Positions 44,446 through 54,502 of a DNA stretch of 64,000 nt are shown piece by piece. Numbering within the stretch: position 1 is the first letter of the stretch; every line of letters starts with the position of its first letter. The notes under the pieces are model-generated. The model was given only the letters and a program-made list of their open reading frames with translations, did not search any database and was not told where the DNA came from. Source of the DNA: Candidatus Cloacimonadota bacterium (GTDB taxonomy: Bacteria > Cloacimonadota > Cloacimonadia > Cloacimonadales > TCS61); contig JASUTE010000001.1 of NCBI GenBank assembly GCA_030445745.1, positions 7,664 to 71,663 of the forward strand, read 5' to 3'. Made by a program: the position numbers and the translations under genes.

Positions 44446-44712
44446 AAAAAAATTGACAAAAAAAGGCAAGTAAGTACTAAATAGCATCAAATACGGGGAA
44501 CTTGGTAATCCAGTATATTATGAGTATTTTAAATAGATGATTATCAAGAGAATTAATGAAGGATTTTATATGAAGTATGTAAAGAATGAGAGTTTCGCAA
44601 AAAAATTTAATGGGGAAAATTATTTTCGAAATTTTGGCAATTATGAGAAGTTTACTATCGCAAAATGGACAATGACAATTAACAAAAAATCAAAAATGAA
44701 GGAGAAACAATT

Positions 44713-47700
44713 ATGAGAAAGGGAATCCTTATTTTATTAGTTTCCTTACTACTTGTGAGTATAGCTTGGGCTGCTCCAGAAAAAACAAGAGAGCCCGGCC
44801 ACACACCTATACCTCAAGAGCGTTTAGATGCACAAGCAAATGGGCTCACGTTCCAAGTTAGAGGTGATAGAGCACAAGATATAACAATTGAACTTACAGT
44901 GGACACTTGGTATGGTGAAGCTTCTTGGAACCTTTATAGCTATGTAGAAGGTGCATACTATTATGCCGAAAACCAAGAGTTTACTACTGGAGGAGAAACT
45001 GTAACAGAAATTTTATCCTTAGATGAAGGCGATTACTCAGTTGATTGCTTTGACACTTATGGAGATGGTGGTATAGCAGGAACAGTTTACGATGCAGAAG
45101 ATAATGTATTGGTAAGCTGGGCAGATGATGCTTATTATGACTTTGGTGAATTTCCATTTACCGTAGCTCCACCACCATTCGAATTTGTTGAAAATTTCGA
45201 TGCTGGGATACCAGCTGAATGGGAAGTAACAGGCGATCCTTCTTGGGTTGGTATGACCGAATATGGTTATGGCGCTAGCACCTTAGATGGAACTCCGTTT
45301 GCAATGATCGACAGTGATGATGCTGGTTCTGGAACTCATGTAGTAGGAGATCTTATTTCTCCTGCTATGGATGTAACAGGTTACGACAGCATGATGTTGG
45401 AATTTGAACAATATTATAACAATATCTCTGCTGATGAAGTGGTAAACGTTCAAGTATGGGATGGAACCGCTTGGCAAGTTGTAGCTGAATTCACAGAAGA
45501 TATGGGTGCTTGGGGCGCTCCAGATAACCAGGTTATCGATGTAACCGCTTATGCGAACACTGACTTTAAGGTTAAATTTCACTATGATGATGGTGATGCT
45601 TGGGCTTGGTACTGGGCTGTAGATAATGTAAAGGTTTACAACCCTATAGCTGGTACCTTAGAAGGTTATGTTTATGCTTATGGCACAACTAACCCCATTG
45701 AAGGTGCTACAGTAACTTGTGGTGAAGTTTCAGCTACCACGGATGCCACCGGCTTCTATACTTTAGAACCTAATGCTGGCAGCTATGAAGCTGTTGCTGA
45801 TGCTGAAAATTATTTCCCAGCTACTGAAGCTGTAGAAATTGTGACAAATGAAGTAACAACTCAGGACTTTGAACTTACCTGGGCCGAAATTGCTGTAGAT
45901 CCAGCAGAAGTGAATGTGGAAGTTCCCGGTGGACTTACCGAAGAAGCCACATTAACTATTTCTAACCCGGGTGGAACTGCGCCTCTTACATACAATGCTG
46001 GCTTTTTTGGAATATCGAAAAGAACTATAACCTTGAAAGAAACAAAAGAGAGAGGTGAAAACTACTCTGGTTTCTCTAAAACAGAACAGATTACTGTTCC
46101 CGATAACCGTGGTACCGGCTGGTATTCCTATTCTCCTATTGATGACATGACCAGTCTTACCTGGGCAGCTCCTGAAAGAGCTACCTTCTTCCAGATGGCT
46201 GATTTTGGCATTCCTTATCCAGTAGAAATTACTAACCTTAGTCACTGGTTCTATGAACATTCTAGTTATCCTTGGGATAATGACCAGTTCAAATTCAAGA
46301 TTTATGCTGCAGACGGCACAACCCTGCTTTATGAATCTGATAACTTGACAGCTGAACATTTGGTTGAATACAATTATACCCTTGAAGAACCATTAGTAGT
46401 AGAAGATGATTTCTGGGTAGCAATTGCTCCTATATCTGCAAGTGGATTTCCTTCTAGTACAGGAACCAATTTGTATGATGGCCATTCCTATGTTTGGAAT
46501 CCAGGTACTAATGAATGGGAATTATACGCAGGTCTCGAATACACTACAGCTGTTGGTTTAAGCCAATGGTTGACAATAAGCAATGCCACAGGTACCATAG
46601 AACCAGGTGCTAGTGCAGAAATTACCCTGAATTTAGATGCTGCAGGATTGGAAAATGTAACCAAAACAGGTGAAGTATTTATCCAGAACGATGCTTTATA
46701 TCCGATGGATAAAGGTGAAGACTTCATAGTTCCTGTAACTATGGAAGTTGGAGCTGCTGTTCCTATCTTTGAATTTGACTATACTACTACCGACTTTGGT
46801 TCAATTCCTATTGGAGCCACCGAAGGCCCTGAAACTTATGGAATTCAAAATGTTGGTAGTGGAACTTTCGTAGTAGAAGAACTTACCATTACAGGTGACA
46901 ATCAAGATGAGTTTATTCTAGATGATTCTCATGAATATCCTCTGGAAATTGCACCTGGTGAAAGAATAAATGTAGATGTTTCATTTGCTCCTAATTCTAT
47001 AGGAGACAAACAGGCATATCTTTTCGTTGTGAACGACATTGGCAGAGAAGTAGAAGTACTTGAATTCACTGGTAACGCTTATGTTCCCGATCTACCTGGT
47101 GCTCCTAGTAATCCAACACCTCAAAATGGTCTAGGTGATGTTTCAGTGGAAACAGGCCTTAGCTGGGAAAATGGACCGGAAACAGTATCTATAGACTTAT
47201 ATTTTGACACTGTTAATCCACCACAAAATAAGGTGTTAGATAATGTTACAGCAGTAGAAAACTACGATCCGGGTACACTTGATTTTGAAACAACTTACTA
47301 TTGGAAAGTTGTAGCTAGAAATATAACCGGTGAAACTCAAGGCGCAACTTGGTTCTTCATGACTAGTGACCCTGGTACTGGCCCCATGACATTCCTGGAA
47401 GAAAACTTCGATACAGGTATTCCAGCTGAATGGGAAATAACAGGTGATGTAGCTCCTTGGCATGGTGCAACCGATTATAGTGGTAATACTTTAGATGGCA
47501 CTCCTTTTGCTTTTGTAGATAGTGATGCAGCTGGTTCTGGTGGAGTACATGTAAATAGTGACCTTATCACTCCTCCACTCGATACTACAGCTGGGCTTAC
47601 CGTAAAGCTTGAATTTGATCAGTATTACAATTATATCAGTACAAGTGAAGTAGTTAATGTTCAGGTTTGGGATGGAAGCGAATGGCAGATAATTCTGGAT

Positions 47701-50700
47701 CTCACAGAAGATATGGGTGATTGGGGAGCTCCTGATCATCAAGAAATTGATATCAGCGATTACTCTAACCAAGAACTGAAAGTGAAATTCCATTATGATG
47801 ATGGCACATCTTGGGCTTGGTATTGGGCAGTTGATAATGTAAAAGTTAACTCCGGTGCACAAATACCTGTATTTACAATTACACCAGCTGAACACGATTT
47901 CGGCTCTATTCCAGTTTATACCTGGGAAACCCAAGAATTTGTGATTACAAATACTGGTGTTAATGATCTTATAGTTCAGGATTTGTCTGTAACAGGACCT
48001 GATGCTGAGCATTTTGAGTTAACCGATAATAATGAATATCCAGTAACTATTTCACCTGAGGATGCCGGTATTACAGTTGAAGTAAAATATGCACCAATGA
48101 CTGCAGGCGAACATTCTGCTTTCTTAGGTGTATATACCGGTGAAGATGCTGAAAATCAACACGTTATCGATATTGCTGGTAGCGCCTACATGCTTCCAGA
48201 TGGTGATATCGCAGGAAATCCATTCCTAGTAGAATTCACCGATGGCTTCTATACAGATAATAGTACCAATGACGGCTTTGAAGATAACTATGATCTACCA
48301 AGTAGCGATGGAGCTGATATTGTTTACCAATTCACATTAGAAGAAGATACATATATGGATTCAATATCACTCTATGGTTCCGATTTCGACACTAAAATGG
48401 CTGTTTATGCTGATGGTGTAGTACCTGGCCCCGACAATTATCTGTATTATAATGATGACAGAGCAATACAATCTGCTCTGTATGATATTCCACTGTTTGC
48501 TGGAACCTATAACGTTGTAGTTGATGGTTACGGTGGAGCAGTAGGAAATGTAGTATTCTCGATCGATATTGGTGATCCATTGCCAGCTCCTGTTGCAGCA
48601 ACCAATCCAAGCCCGGAAAATGGTGCTGTAGAAGTACCTGCTGATGGTACTATTCTCACCTGGGAAATTGGCGAATTCACCAAGTATGTAGATGTTTACT
48701 TTGGAACTACTTATCCCCCAGAATTAGTACTGGAAAATGGTGATAGAATTACTGAGTATGATCCAGGAACACTTGAACCGAATCAGATCTATTTCTGGAA
48801 AATAGTTAGCAAGAATACCTCTGGATCAGCTGAAAGTGAACTATGGGGATTCACCTCTACTTTAACACCTCCAACCGGACTTGCTGCCGAAGTTATAGAC
48901 TACGTTGATGTAGAATTAACTTGGGAAGGTCCCACCGGCGGCGGTGGCGGCGGCGGTGGCGGCGGAGGCTCCGGTGATGAATTCACCGAAGACTTCGAAG
49001 CTGGCCTACCTAGTGACTGGACAATAATTGATGCTGACGGTGATTCCTATAATTGGGAATGGTCCAATACCTTTACCGCTCATAGTGGTGTAGGTGTTAT
49101 GTACAGTGCTTCCTATCTTAATAATGTAGGTGTTCTTACTCCAGATAACTATCTGATTACTCCACAAGTAGAAATTGGAGATAACTCAGAATTTAGTTTC
49201 TGGTATGTAGCACAAGACCCAAATTGGCCTGGTGATAGGGCATATATCAAGGTATCTACTACCGATACAAATCCTGCTTCTTTCACAGAAGAACTTGGAT
49301 ATGTAGAAGCTGGTCCTACCTATACACAAGCTACATTCGATATGAGCGATTTCTCTGGTGAAACAGTTTATATTGCTCTGGAACATACCGATTGCTCAGA
49401 TTTCTTCTATATCAATGTAGATGATGTAGCCCTTACTAATGCTTCTAAAGTTAATAATACTGATGTAGCATATAACACACAGGTAAGCAATGTTGATCCA
49501 CTGAAAGATGTACGTTTGAGCGAAGCTGAATTTGAAGCTAAGCTGGAAGCTTACACAGCAAGCCGCGATCGTGCTTTCATTGGTTACAATGTATATCGCG
49601 ATGGCGAAATAATTGCTGAAAATGTTGCTGAAACATCTTACTATGATGAAGCAGTTGCTGTTGGTACTCATACCTATGAAGTAAGCGCTGTATATCATGA
49701 AGGTGAATCTGCACCTAGTGAACCGGTAGAAGCTCTTATTCCTGGTATTGGAATGATCTACGGTACTGTTACCGATGAACATAGTGGTGCTACTATAAAC
49801 GCAGCAGAGATTACAGCTGTTAATGTAGATGATGAAGAAATAGTTTATACTGCTACCAGCAATCTCCAGGGTAATTATGAAATACCAGAAGTACTGGAAG
49901 GTACCTACACAATTACCTGCGAAAAAGATGGATATCCTGATGAAGTAGAAACAGATATCTATGTTGGTCACGAAGATGAAGTTGAAGTAAACTTTACACC
50001 TAATAACTTTGGTCTACCGCCAACATTAACAGCAGAATCTGGTGTAGATGAAGCGGTTCCACTACATGTAAGCCCATGGGGTGGTACTGAAGAATATACC
50101 CAGGCCTTCCACGATGGTGGATTTGAAAGTCAACTTGGTTGCGGTGGCGGATGTGCTCTGGGTGTACGCTTTACACCTGCAGGCTATCCCGCAGAACTTA
50201 CACACATACAAGTTACCTTCCAGGGTGATGCTAACTGTACTGCTGGTATATTCAGTGTATACCTTGATCCTGAAGGTGCAGTTGCAGGGCCTCCATCAGC
50301 TCCAACAGCACCTGGTGATCCTTCTGCTGTTTGGGAATCTGCACCTGGTTCTTATCCACCTGGTGTTTATGACCTCGATATTACCGATGTTACTATCGAA
50401 AGCGGTGACGTTTATGTAATGTTCTGGGAAAATAGCAGTGGCTTTGCCGGTGTTGCAAACGACTTACAGCAGAATCACATTGATCGTAACTGGGGCTATA
50501 TAAGTTCTACCTGGACTACTATCTACGCAGCTGTAGGTGGAGATCCTACACTTACCGGTAACTTTGGTATGACTGCTACTTTCGTAGGTGCACCTGGTCA
50601 AGCAGTTGTGTATGAACAATCAACAGGTAATGGCGATAATTCTTATAGCCAAGGCTTGAACTTAGCTGTACAAGAAGGTAAAGATATTTCCGATCGGATA

Positions 50701-52068
50701 AGACCAACTATAGCTGGTAATGTGGGTATAGTACCTGCAAACTTTGGCGATAGAATCGATGTAAATATTGTTACTGAAGAAGCTGACTATCGCGAAGTAA
50801 CCGGTTATGAAATCTGGAGATCACTTGATGGTGAAGACTTCGGTACGGCACCATATCATGTGATCGAAGGTAGTGGTCCTCAAGATTGGACAGACGAAGA
50901 CGTAGTTAACGATACTCAGTATTGGTACTATGCAAATGTTATTGAAGATGGCACAACTCCAGGAGACCCTTCCGAAATAGTTACTGCTACTCCTCATGAC
51001 GGTGTTGCACCAGGACCAATTGAAGATTTCAACTACGTTGTTGATGTTCCTAACAAAACTGTAGACTTCTCTTGGGTAGATCCTTCCTTAAATGAAGATG
51101 GAACCCTTTGTGAAGACTTAGTTGGAATAGAAATCTATCGTGATGGTAACCTTCTGATTACCATAGATCCTTGGGTAGGCTCCTTCCAGGATGTAGTTCC
51201 TGAAAATGCAGATTACACCTATGAATTCTATGCAATAGATGAAGTTCCTAACATGAGCGAACCTGTTGTGCGTACAATCTATGTAGATTACATCCTCTTC
51301 ATGGAAGACTGGAGTAATCCAATGGATTGGACTTTAGCAGGTGCATATCAGAATAACTGGATAATTCCTTCAGAAACAAATAGCGCCGGTGGAGAAGCAC
51401 CTGAAGCAGAATTTGACTGGCTGCCAGATTATGGCTCAGTAGATACTGCTTATCTGGTATCTCCAACCTTCAGCACCGCTGGTATGACCAATATGACAGG
51501 TCAGTTCAGACAATATCTTGACTGGTATTCTAACACAGTAACACTTGGTGTAGCTACTTCCAGTGATGGTGGTTCAACTTGGAATGATGCTTGGAGTCAA
51601 ATTTACAGTGCAGATTCTGGCCCAGAAACAATTAACTTCGAAATTGATACACCAGATGTTGGTTCTAACAACTTCCAGATGTGCTGGTACATAGAAAGTG
51701 ATCCTTGGGATATTATGAGTTGGTACATCGACGACCTTCGCGTTTCCTATGAAGGTGGAGGAGATTCCAACGATAATAACGACATTCCACTGGTTACTAA
51801 GCTGAGTGGCAACTATCCTAATCCATTCAACCCAGAAACAACAATTAACTTCTCTACCAAAGAAGATGGAAATGTTAGAATTGATATCTATAACATCAAG
51901 GGTCAGAAAGTTAAGACTCTGGTTAATGAGCATATGAAGGCTGATAACCACAAAGTTGTTTGGACTGGTGAAGATAGTAATGGAAGACAAGTATCTAGCG
52001 GTGTTTACTTCTATAAGATGAAAGCCGGTAAATACACTTCCACTAAGAAGATGATACTTATGAAATAA
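44713..52068 (+). CDS. Giant (2451-aa) secreted multidomain surface protein with C-terminal T9SS sorting domain
   Basis: An AAGGAG RBS and a signal peptide are present. The body has repeated MAM/choice-of-anchor-J-like modules, ASH/choice-of-anchor-D-like Ig modules, FN3-like and PPC-like domains, and CarboxypepD_reg-like segments. The last ~85 aa ('GNYPNPFNPETTINF...IDIYNIKGQKV...SGVYFYKM') form a T9SS/FlgD-Ig-type CTD. Confidence 0.9.
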   Translation: MRKGILILLVSLLLVSIAWAAPEKTREPGHTPIPQERLDAQANGLTFQVRGDRAQDITIELTVDTWYGEASWNLYSYVEGAYYYAENQEFTTGGETVTEILSLDEGDYSVDCFDTYGDGGIAGTVYDAEDNVLVSWADDAYYDFGEFPFTVAPPPFEFVENFDAGIPAEWEVTGDPSWVGMTEYGYGASTLDGTPFAMIDSDDAGSGTHVVGDLISPAMDVTGYDSMMLEFEQYYNNISADEVVNVQVWDGTAWQVVAEFTEDMGAWGAPDNQVIDVTAYANTDFKVKFHYDDGDAWAWYWAVDNVKVYNPIAGTLEGYVYAYGTTNPIEGATVTCGEVSATTDATGFYTLEPNAGSYEAVADAENYFPATEAVEIVTNEVTTQDFELTWAEIAVDPAEVNVEVPGGLTEEATLTISNPGGTAPLTYNAGFFGISKRTITLKETKERGENYSGFSKTEQITVPDNRGTGWYSYSPIDDMTSLTWAAPERATFFQMADFGIPYPVEITNLSHWFYEHSSYPWDNDQFKFKIYAADGTTLLYESDNLTAEHLVEYNYTLEEPLVVEDDFWVAIAPISASGFPSSTGTNLYDGHSYVWNPGTNEWELYAGLEYTTAVGLSQWLTISNATGTIEPGASAEITLNLDAAGLENVTKTGEVFIQNDALYPMDKGEDFIVPVTMEVGAAVPIFEFDYTTTDFGSIPIGATEGPETYGIQNVGSGTFVVEELTITGDNQDEFILDDSHEYPLEIAPGERINVDVSFAPNSIGDKQAYLFVVNDIGREVEVLEFTGNAYVPDLPGAPSNPTPQNGLGDVSVETGLSWENGPETVSIDLYFDTVNPPQNKVLDNVTAVENYDPGTLDFETTYYWKVVARNITGETQGATWFFMTSDPGTGPMTFLEENFDTGIPAEWEITGDVAPWHGATDYSGNTLDGTPFAFVDSDAAGSGGVHVNSDLITPPLDTTAGLTVKLEFDQYYNYISTSEVVNVQVWDGSEWQIILDLTEDMGDWGAPDHQEIDISDYSNQELKVKFHYDDGTSWAWYWAVDNVKVNSGAQIPVFTITPAEHDFGSIPVYTWETQEFVITNTGVNDLIVQDLSVTGPDAEHFELTDNNEYPVTISPEDAGITVEVKYAPMTAGEHSAFLGVYTGEDAENQHVIDIAGSAYMLPDGDIAGNPFLVEFTDGFYTDNSTNDGFEDNYDLPSSDGADIVYQFTLEEDTYMDSISLYGSDFDTKMAVYADGVVPGPDNYLYYNDDRAIQSALYDIPLFAGTYNVVVDGYGGAVGNVVFSIDIGDPLPAPVAATNPSPENGAVEVPADGTILTWEIGEFTKYVDVYFGTTYPPELVLENGDRITEYDPGTLEPNQIYFWKIVSKNTSGSAESELWGFTSTLTPPTGLAAEVIDYVDVELTWEGPTGGGGGGGGGGGSGDEFTEDFEAGLPSDWTIIDADGDSYNWEWSNTFTAHSGVGVMYSASYLNNVGVLTPDNYLITPQVEIGDNSEFSFWYVAQDPNWPGDRAYIKVSTTDTNPASFTEELGYVEAGPTYTQATFDMSDFSGETVYIALEHTDCSDFFYINVDDVALTNASKVNNTDVAYNTQVSNVDPLKDVRLSEAEFEAKLEAYTASRDRAFIGYNVYRDGEIIAENVAETSYYDEAVAVGTHTYEVSAVYHEGESAPSEPVEALIPGIGMIYGTVTDEHSGATINAAEITAVNVDDEEIVYTATSNLQGNYEIPEVLEGTYTITCEKDGYPDEVETDIYVGHEDEVEVNFTPNNFGLPPTLTAESGVDEAVPLHVSPWGGTEEYTQAFHDGGFESQLGCGGGCALGVRFTPAGYPAELTHIQVTFQGDANCTAGIFSVYLDPEGAVAGPPSAPTAPGDPSAVWESAPGSYPPGVYDLDITDVTIESGDVYVMFWENSSGFAGVANDLQQNHIDRNWGYISSTWTTIYAAVGGDPTLTGNFGMTATFVGAPGQAVVYEQSTGNGDNSYSQGLNLAVQEGKDISDRIRPTIAGNVGIVPANFGDRIDVNIVTEEADYREVTGYEIWRSLDGEDFGTAPYHVIEGSGPQDWTDEDVVNDTQYWYYANVIEDGTTPGDPSEIVTATPHDGVAPGPIEDFNYVVDVPNKTVDFSWVDPSLNEDGTLCEDLVGIEIYRDGNLLITIDPWVGSFQDVVPENADYTYEFYAIDEVPNMSEPVVRTIYVDYILFMEDWSNPMDWTLAGAYQNNWIIPSETNSAGGEAPEAEFDWLPDYGSVDTAYLVSPTFSTAGMTNMTGQFRQYLDWYSNTVTLGVATSSDGGSTWNDAWSQIYSADSGPETINFEIDTPDVGSNNFQMCWYIESDPWDIMSWYIDDLRVSYEGGGDSNDNNDIPLVTKLSGNYPNPFNPETTINFSTKEDGNVRIDIYNIKGQKVKTLVNEHMKADNHKVVWTGEDSNGRQVSSGVYFYKMKAGKYTSTKKMILMK
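45190..45639 (+). repeat. Intragenic duplicated 450-nt module, copy 1
   Basis: It encodes 'ENFDAGIPAEWEV...TLDGTPFAMIDSDDAGSG...VVNVQVWDGTAWQ...FKVKFHYDDGDAWAWYWAVDNVKVY'. It aligns codon-for-codon with 47401-47850. Confidence 0.85.
47401..47850 (+). repeat. Intragenic duplicated 450-nt module, copy 2
   Basis: It encodes 'ENFDTGIPAEWEI...TLDGTPFAFVDSDAAGSG...VVNVQVWDGSEWQ...LKVKFHYDDGTSWAWYWAVDNVKVN'. Confidence 0.85.
48937..48969 (+). repeat. GGY trinucleotide tract encoding Gly11 linker
   Basis: The tract ggc ggc ggt ggc ggc ggc ggt ggc ggc gga ggc is in frame within the giant gene. Confidence 0.9.
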
Positions 52069-52121
52069 ACGGGTTAAAGCCCCTGCGGGGGCTACCCTTT
52101 GTTTTGTAATACAAAATAGAA

Positions 52122-52146
52122 CCCCGGTGCTTTTTTAGCACTGGGG
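52122..52146. terminator. Bidirectional rho-independent terminator between the giant gene and comEC
   Basis: The stem CCCCGGTGC/GCACTGGGG has a 7-nt loop, with T6 on the plus side and a T-rich run on the minus side. A smaller GCCCC/GGGGC hairpin lies at 52078-52093. Confidence 0.75.
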
Positions 52147-52150
52147 TTTT

Positions 52151-54487
52151 TTATAATGTATTGTCGTGAATTATAATAGAGGATAAGAGGGTTTTAATAT
52201 CAACACTGCTTCCATCACTATTTAAAATTACTGCACCATCTTTGCCAGTGATAAAGAGGTTATCATTAAGAAAAGAGAAGGACTGCAGAGTTTCAGGCTG
52301 TGGAAAATTGAAACGATTATGCAGTGAAGTGGAAATTACAGCATATTCAGGAGAGGTTGCTTGAATAAATTCTAAACTACTAGAAGTTTTGCTGCCATGA
52401 TGACCCGCTTTTAAAAAATCTACATCCAAAAGATCGGTATATTTGGAAATAAGATAAGCTTCGCCTTCCTCTTCCAAATCACCAGTAAATAAAACCGATA
52501 ACTGTTGGTAATCTAAGCGCATCACTATAGACATATTATTTATATTATCCGAGGAATAGTTATCATCTGGATGTAAAATAGTCATTTTGACATCATCTGT
52601 TTGGAATTGGAGGGTGTCTTGGATAATAATTTGCTGACATTTGGGTTCATTTATGTAGTAAGTTTGCAGATCCTGCCAAACCTCGCTTTTTATGAACTCA
52701 TCGGTAATTACGAAGTTTTTTACATTTAGTTTATCGAATACATTTGGTAAACTACCAAAATGGTCTTCGTGAGCATGGGTAATTACTAAGTAATCGAGGG
52801 TTTTGATTTTTTTTTGAATTAGATAAGGTAAACATGAATTGCTGAATTTTTTAGCAGTTTTAGCAGAACCAGTATCGATAAGTATGTTTTTATTACTTGG
52901 AGTTTCTACCAAAATAATGTCACCTAAGCCACAATCGAAAAATGTTATTCGCAAATTTTGTGTAACTTCACGATTAAGGAGGAAGAAGGAAACTGTAGCT
53001 AGCACAATAATTCCCAGAAGCAAGCGCAAACGTTTCTTATTTAATAACAAGAATATAGAAAAAAGGACGATATAAAGTAGAAGAACTTGTAATGTGGACA
53101 GTGAAACAAAATCGGAATAGAGGGGGAAATTAGCTGAGAGGGTGACCCATTTTTCTAATATGAAATAGAAAAAACTGAAGGCTGCTTGATAAACAGACCA
53201 ACCGACCGGTAATATAATTATCAACATTGTGAGGGGGATAAGAATTATTCCCATTAATGGCATAGCTACAATATTAGCAATAGTTCCATTCAGGCTAAAT
53301 TGGTGAAAGTAGAAAATTGTGATAGGAGCTAAGGTGATTCCCAATAAGAGAGAAGAAATAATGATGAGAGCAGCCCAGTTAAGGAATTTTTTTATGTAAG
53401 ACATCGATTGTTGATCAGTTTTTTGCAGAGTGATAAATTTAAATTTAGGGATAAAGTTAACCAGGGTGAACACTGCTAAAAATGAGAGCTGAAATCCCGG
53501 AGTAAACATCTGATGGGGATCAAAGATTGTGATTATAACGAGGCTGAGTGCTAAAATGTTGTTAGGTAGAGTAGTACGCTGGATATTACGAGCGATAAAA
53601 TAGACTGATAGCATTATAACAGCCCGGGTTACCGAGGCTCGCCATTGACAAATTGCCGCATAGTAGAGTAAAATGAAAATAAGAAGATAACGGATAGTGG
53701 GTTTGTGTTTTATAAAAAGATGTAAGATTATAAAAATAACACTACTAATGATACCAACATGCAGCCCACTAACAGCGAAAATATGGCTTAACCCAGCTTT
53801 GACAAAATTCTGTTTTGCATCGCCTAAATCTTTTTTGTCTCCAAGTAAAATTGCTTTAACAAAAGCGCTATTTTTCCTGAATTTTTTGGTAATCTGCTTT
53901 TGCAAATATACTCTGCTGTTAATGATGAAACGACTTAAAAATGAACTTTGATTCCCCAAAATTTGTATAGTTGTTCTGGCAATACCTGTTCCATAAATCT
54001 GTTTGGTTTCCAAGAAAGAACGATAATTGAAGGCGGCAGGATTGGAATTTTTAGTTATAGGAAAAATAGAAGCAACTGTTCTGATTAAATCTCCATAATT
54101 TAGACTATCGTTTTTAGTATAGAGAAATATATTGCCGCTGGTTGCAAATTTTTTTATTTTTTTCAATTCCAAAATATAATGATCTTCGCGATATTCAGAG
54201 ATAATTCTACCCGTTATGGGTTGTTTTATATGCCTGTTTCTATCTAAAATTAGCTGTATATGCCCTTTTGGCAATTTTTGTTGAAGTTGATAGTTCAAAG
54301 CTGCCAAACAGAGAATGATAATTAACAAAAAAAGCGATTGTTTCTTATAAAGGAATATAAAAATTAAGAATAATACGAGCAAAGAAAGTGTTATAAGCGG
54401 AATTTGCAAGAGATGAGCTAAGATAAGTCCTGCACACCAGAAAATTGCAATTACAACAAAGGGTGGCGGCGAAGACTTCGCTTCCAT
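52151..54487 (-). CDS. comEC: DNA internalization competence protein ComEC/Rec2 (with C-terminal MBL domain)
   Basis: The 778-aa polytopic protein has the competence-domain motif 'GLSHIFAVSGLHVGI' and the C-terminal MBL motif 'LVITHAHEDHFG'. Confidence 0.88.
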   Translation of the reverse strand: MEAKSSPPPFVVIAIFWCAGLILAHLLQIPLITLSLLVLFLIFIFLYKKQSLFLLIIILCLAALNYQLQQKLPKGHIQLILDRNRHIKQPITGRIISEYREDHYILELKKIKKFATSGNIFLYTKNDSLNYGDLIRTVASIFPITKNSNPAAFNYRSFLETKQIYGTGIARTTIQILGNQSSFLSRFIINSRVYLQKQITKKFRKNSAFVKAILLGDKKDLGDAKQNFVKAGLSHIFAVSGLHVGIISSVIFIILHLFIKHKPTIRYLLIFILLYYAAICQWRASVTRAVIMLSVYFIARNIQRTTLPNNILALSLVIITIFDPHQMFTPGFQLSFLAVFTLVNFIPKFKFITLQKTDQQSMSYIKKFLNWAALIIISSLLLGITLAPITIFYFHQFSLNGTIANIVAMPLMGIILIPLTMLIIILPVGWSVYQAAFSFFYFILEKWVTLSANFPLYSDFVSLSTLQVLLLYIVLFSIFLLLNKKRLRLLLGIIVLATVSFFLLNREVTQNLRITFFDCGLGDIILVETPSNKNILIDTGSAKTAKKFSNSCLPYLIQKKIKTLDYLVITHAHEDHFGSLPNVFDKLNVKNFVITDEFIKSEVWQDLQTYYINEPKCQQIIIQDTLQFQTDDVKMTILHPDDNYSSDNINNMSIVMRLDYQQLSVLFTGDLEEEGEAYLISKYTDLLDVDFLKAGHHGSKTSSSLEFIQATSPEYAVISTSLHNRFNFPQPETLQSFSFLNDNLFITGKDGAVILNSDGSSVDIKTLLSSIIIHDNTL

Positions 54488-54502
54488 TATAGCTCCTGCA
54501 GA

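Noticed and set aside
47491-49971. Several 135-191-aa ORFs lie antisense inside the giant T9SS gene (for example 47491-48012 and 49396-49971).
   Set aside because: They are shadow frames of a continuous 7.4-kb ORF with clear domain content. Their translations are Ile/Phe/Cys-rich nonsense.
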